From positions 1 through 64,000 of the forward strand of contig NW_003314410.1 of NCBI RefSeq assembly GCF_000143415.4: DNA of 64,000 nt. Reading direction: 5' to 3'. Every line of letters starts with the position of its first letter. Position 1 is the first letter of the stretch. Positions 62,176 to 64,000 of the stretch are shown one piece after another. A program made the position numbers and the translations under genes. Source of the DNA: Selaginella moellendorffii (lineage: Eukaryota; Plantae; Lycopodiophyta). The notes under the pieces were generated by a model, which did no database searches, was not told where the DNA came from, and was given only the letters and a program-made list of their open reading frames with translations.

Positions 62176-64000
62176 TTAAGCTTCTTCCGACACTGTCACC
62201 ATGTTTCTCTGCACGGCCGCTTGCAACGCAGCCTCAGCTTCTACTCGATCGAGCTCCGCTTCGTTTAGATTCTGCGAAAGAACAAGGTTGTTAGTGAAAC
62301 TCTCAAGAATTAAAAACAACGCTAAGGGCTCAAGAAGAAACTTGGAAGAGTAACTTAGACCACTTAGCTCAAGTATGAAAAACCAAAAAAAGAAAACTCT
62401 AAGAAGCTCAGCAAGATTAACTTAGAACCAATTAGCTCAAAAATGAAAAACTCAAAGAAAAGCATTAAGAAACTTAGAACCACTTACCTCAAGAACAAAC
62501 TTGGAAGAGTAACTTAGAACCACTTACCTGTTGGAAGTGATTGAGCAGCCTCTTCATGTTCTTGAGCTCTCTGGTGATATCAGACGCTGCCTTGGACTGC
62601 TCCTTCAATTTATCCATCTGGTTCTCGAGAAGGAGAGAAGAAAACTTATGTTAGCGACGGACGAGCGGCTTGAGTACCTGACGCTTGAGTGTTTGTTTTT
62701 GTTCCACATTAGATGAGACGACGCCCTCAAACTTTCTAGCCAGAGAGGCTACCTCGGCATTTACCTGGTGGATGCTTCCCATCCTCGTCTCGGCCGAGTC
62801 GATGACGGTCCCCATCACGACCATCTGCTGCTTGAGCTTCCCCATCTCGCTCTCCGCCGCCGAGAGCTCGTCCTCGAGCTTCCGAGCCTTGGAGACCGAG
62901 CCTTCTCGCTCTCGCACCACCTTTGTAAGCTCCCCCTCCGCGAAGCTCGCCTTGTCCTTGAACTTCCTGGCCACCTTCGCCTCCTTGGCGAGTGCGTCCT
63001 GGAGGATGGCCTTCTCCGTCTCCAGCGACGCCACCTTGACGTTTGCGTCTTGCAAGTCCTTGGACAGAGCGTTGAGGTGCTTGCGGAGGTCGTTCATGGC
63101 GTCCATGGCCTTGGAGAACTCGGACCTCAAGCTCTGGACGAGTAGCTCCTCCCTGGCCAGAGCCTTTTGCGTCTCCATGTACTGCTGCTCCGCCAGCGCC
63201 ACCTTCTTCTTCTCGTCGTTTAGAAGAGCCAGGGTGCCGTCGGCCGTCTGGCGGACGTCTTCTAGCTCCTCTTGGACCTTCTTGTTCACCAGGAACGTTT
63301 CTTTCAGCTTCTCGCTCAGGGACTTCACCTCCATCGACGACGCCTGGAAGCTCGTCCGCGTGTTGTCCAGCTCCTGCTTCATCTGGCTCGTCACCAGTTG
63401 CTCTGCTTGCAGTGACTCTCGCAGCGATTTCAGCTTTGTCTCCGTCATCGCCTTGCTCTCCTCCTTTTGCTTCCTCAGGGACTCTATTTCCTTCTGGTAG
63501 GACGTCAGCTCGGCGCCCAGTGCCGACGCCTCGTTCGTCTTCGCTCGAAGGCTATTGACTGCGGAGTTCAGATCTTCTGTCAACTTTTGCACTGACTCGT
63601 GCTCCCGTGCCACAATTCGCTCCAGTTCTTCCACTTGCTGCTGGAAGTTCTCTATGACGAGGCCGGATTGTTTAGCCTCGGCACGAGCGGCATCCAGCTC
63701 CAAGTTTGCTGCCTGTACTTCGCCTTCCTTGGAAGCTAGTGCCGCATTTACAACTTGAAGCTGCTCCTTGCTCACAGCTTGGAGCTCAGTCAGTTCCTCC
63801 TGTGCTTTGGCCAAGCTTTGCTGCGCTTGCTCTGCTCTCGCTGTTGCCTGCGCGAGACGTTCCTCCAAATCATGCACAGTGTCCCCTCTCTCCTCCAGAC
63901 ATGACTGCGATACGATCAACTCTTTCACGAGGTTTTGTATCCTGTCCTCGGCGTCGACCAACGCAGTTCTCGTAGTGAAAATGTCTGACCGTAGCTCTTG
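62176..64000 (-). CDS. Long coiled-coil protein, MFP1 (MAR-binding filament-like)-like; 5' end outside window
   Basis: Over 430 aa of heptad repeats plus small 3' exons; family assignment rests on composition only. Confidence 0.55.

Overview
Eukaryotic plant nuclear DNA. High gene density, very short GT-AG introns (~45-100 nt), PLS-PPR debris and the gene set suggest a compact non-seed land-plant genome such as the lycophyte Selaginella; this is inference only. 1-8521 holds two nested non-coding LTR retroelements in opposite orientation. Their internal regions have no gag/pol but form a near-continuous chain of short stem-loops, and their otherwise dissimilar LTRs share a GAAA-hairpin plus poly-G motif. 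9.4-11.2 kb has pseudogene fragments. 11.3-51.5 kb is gene-dense: DJC77-like DnaJ-ferredoxin, TL19/PsbP-like, ILR3-like bHLH, a shortened MIP2/Sec39, SINA-like, two degenerate cytochrome b561-like genes, tRNA-Asn, STICHEL-like, RCI2/PMP3 genes (one with two alternative last exons), WEB family, LDL3, CONSTANS-like, a RING plus GOLGA7/ERF4-like protein, GCP3, RPN9 and cystinosin. 51.7-59.3 kb is decayed PPR/LINE/copia sequence separating two copies of a cystinosin + TOL-3'-end duplication. The window ends with an intact TOL gene and part of an MFP1-like gene. All gene models were built by eye; family assignments come from remembered motifs, not database searches.
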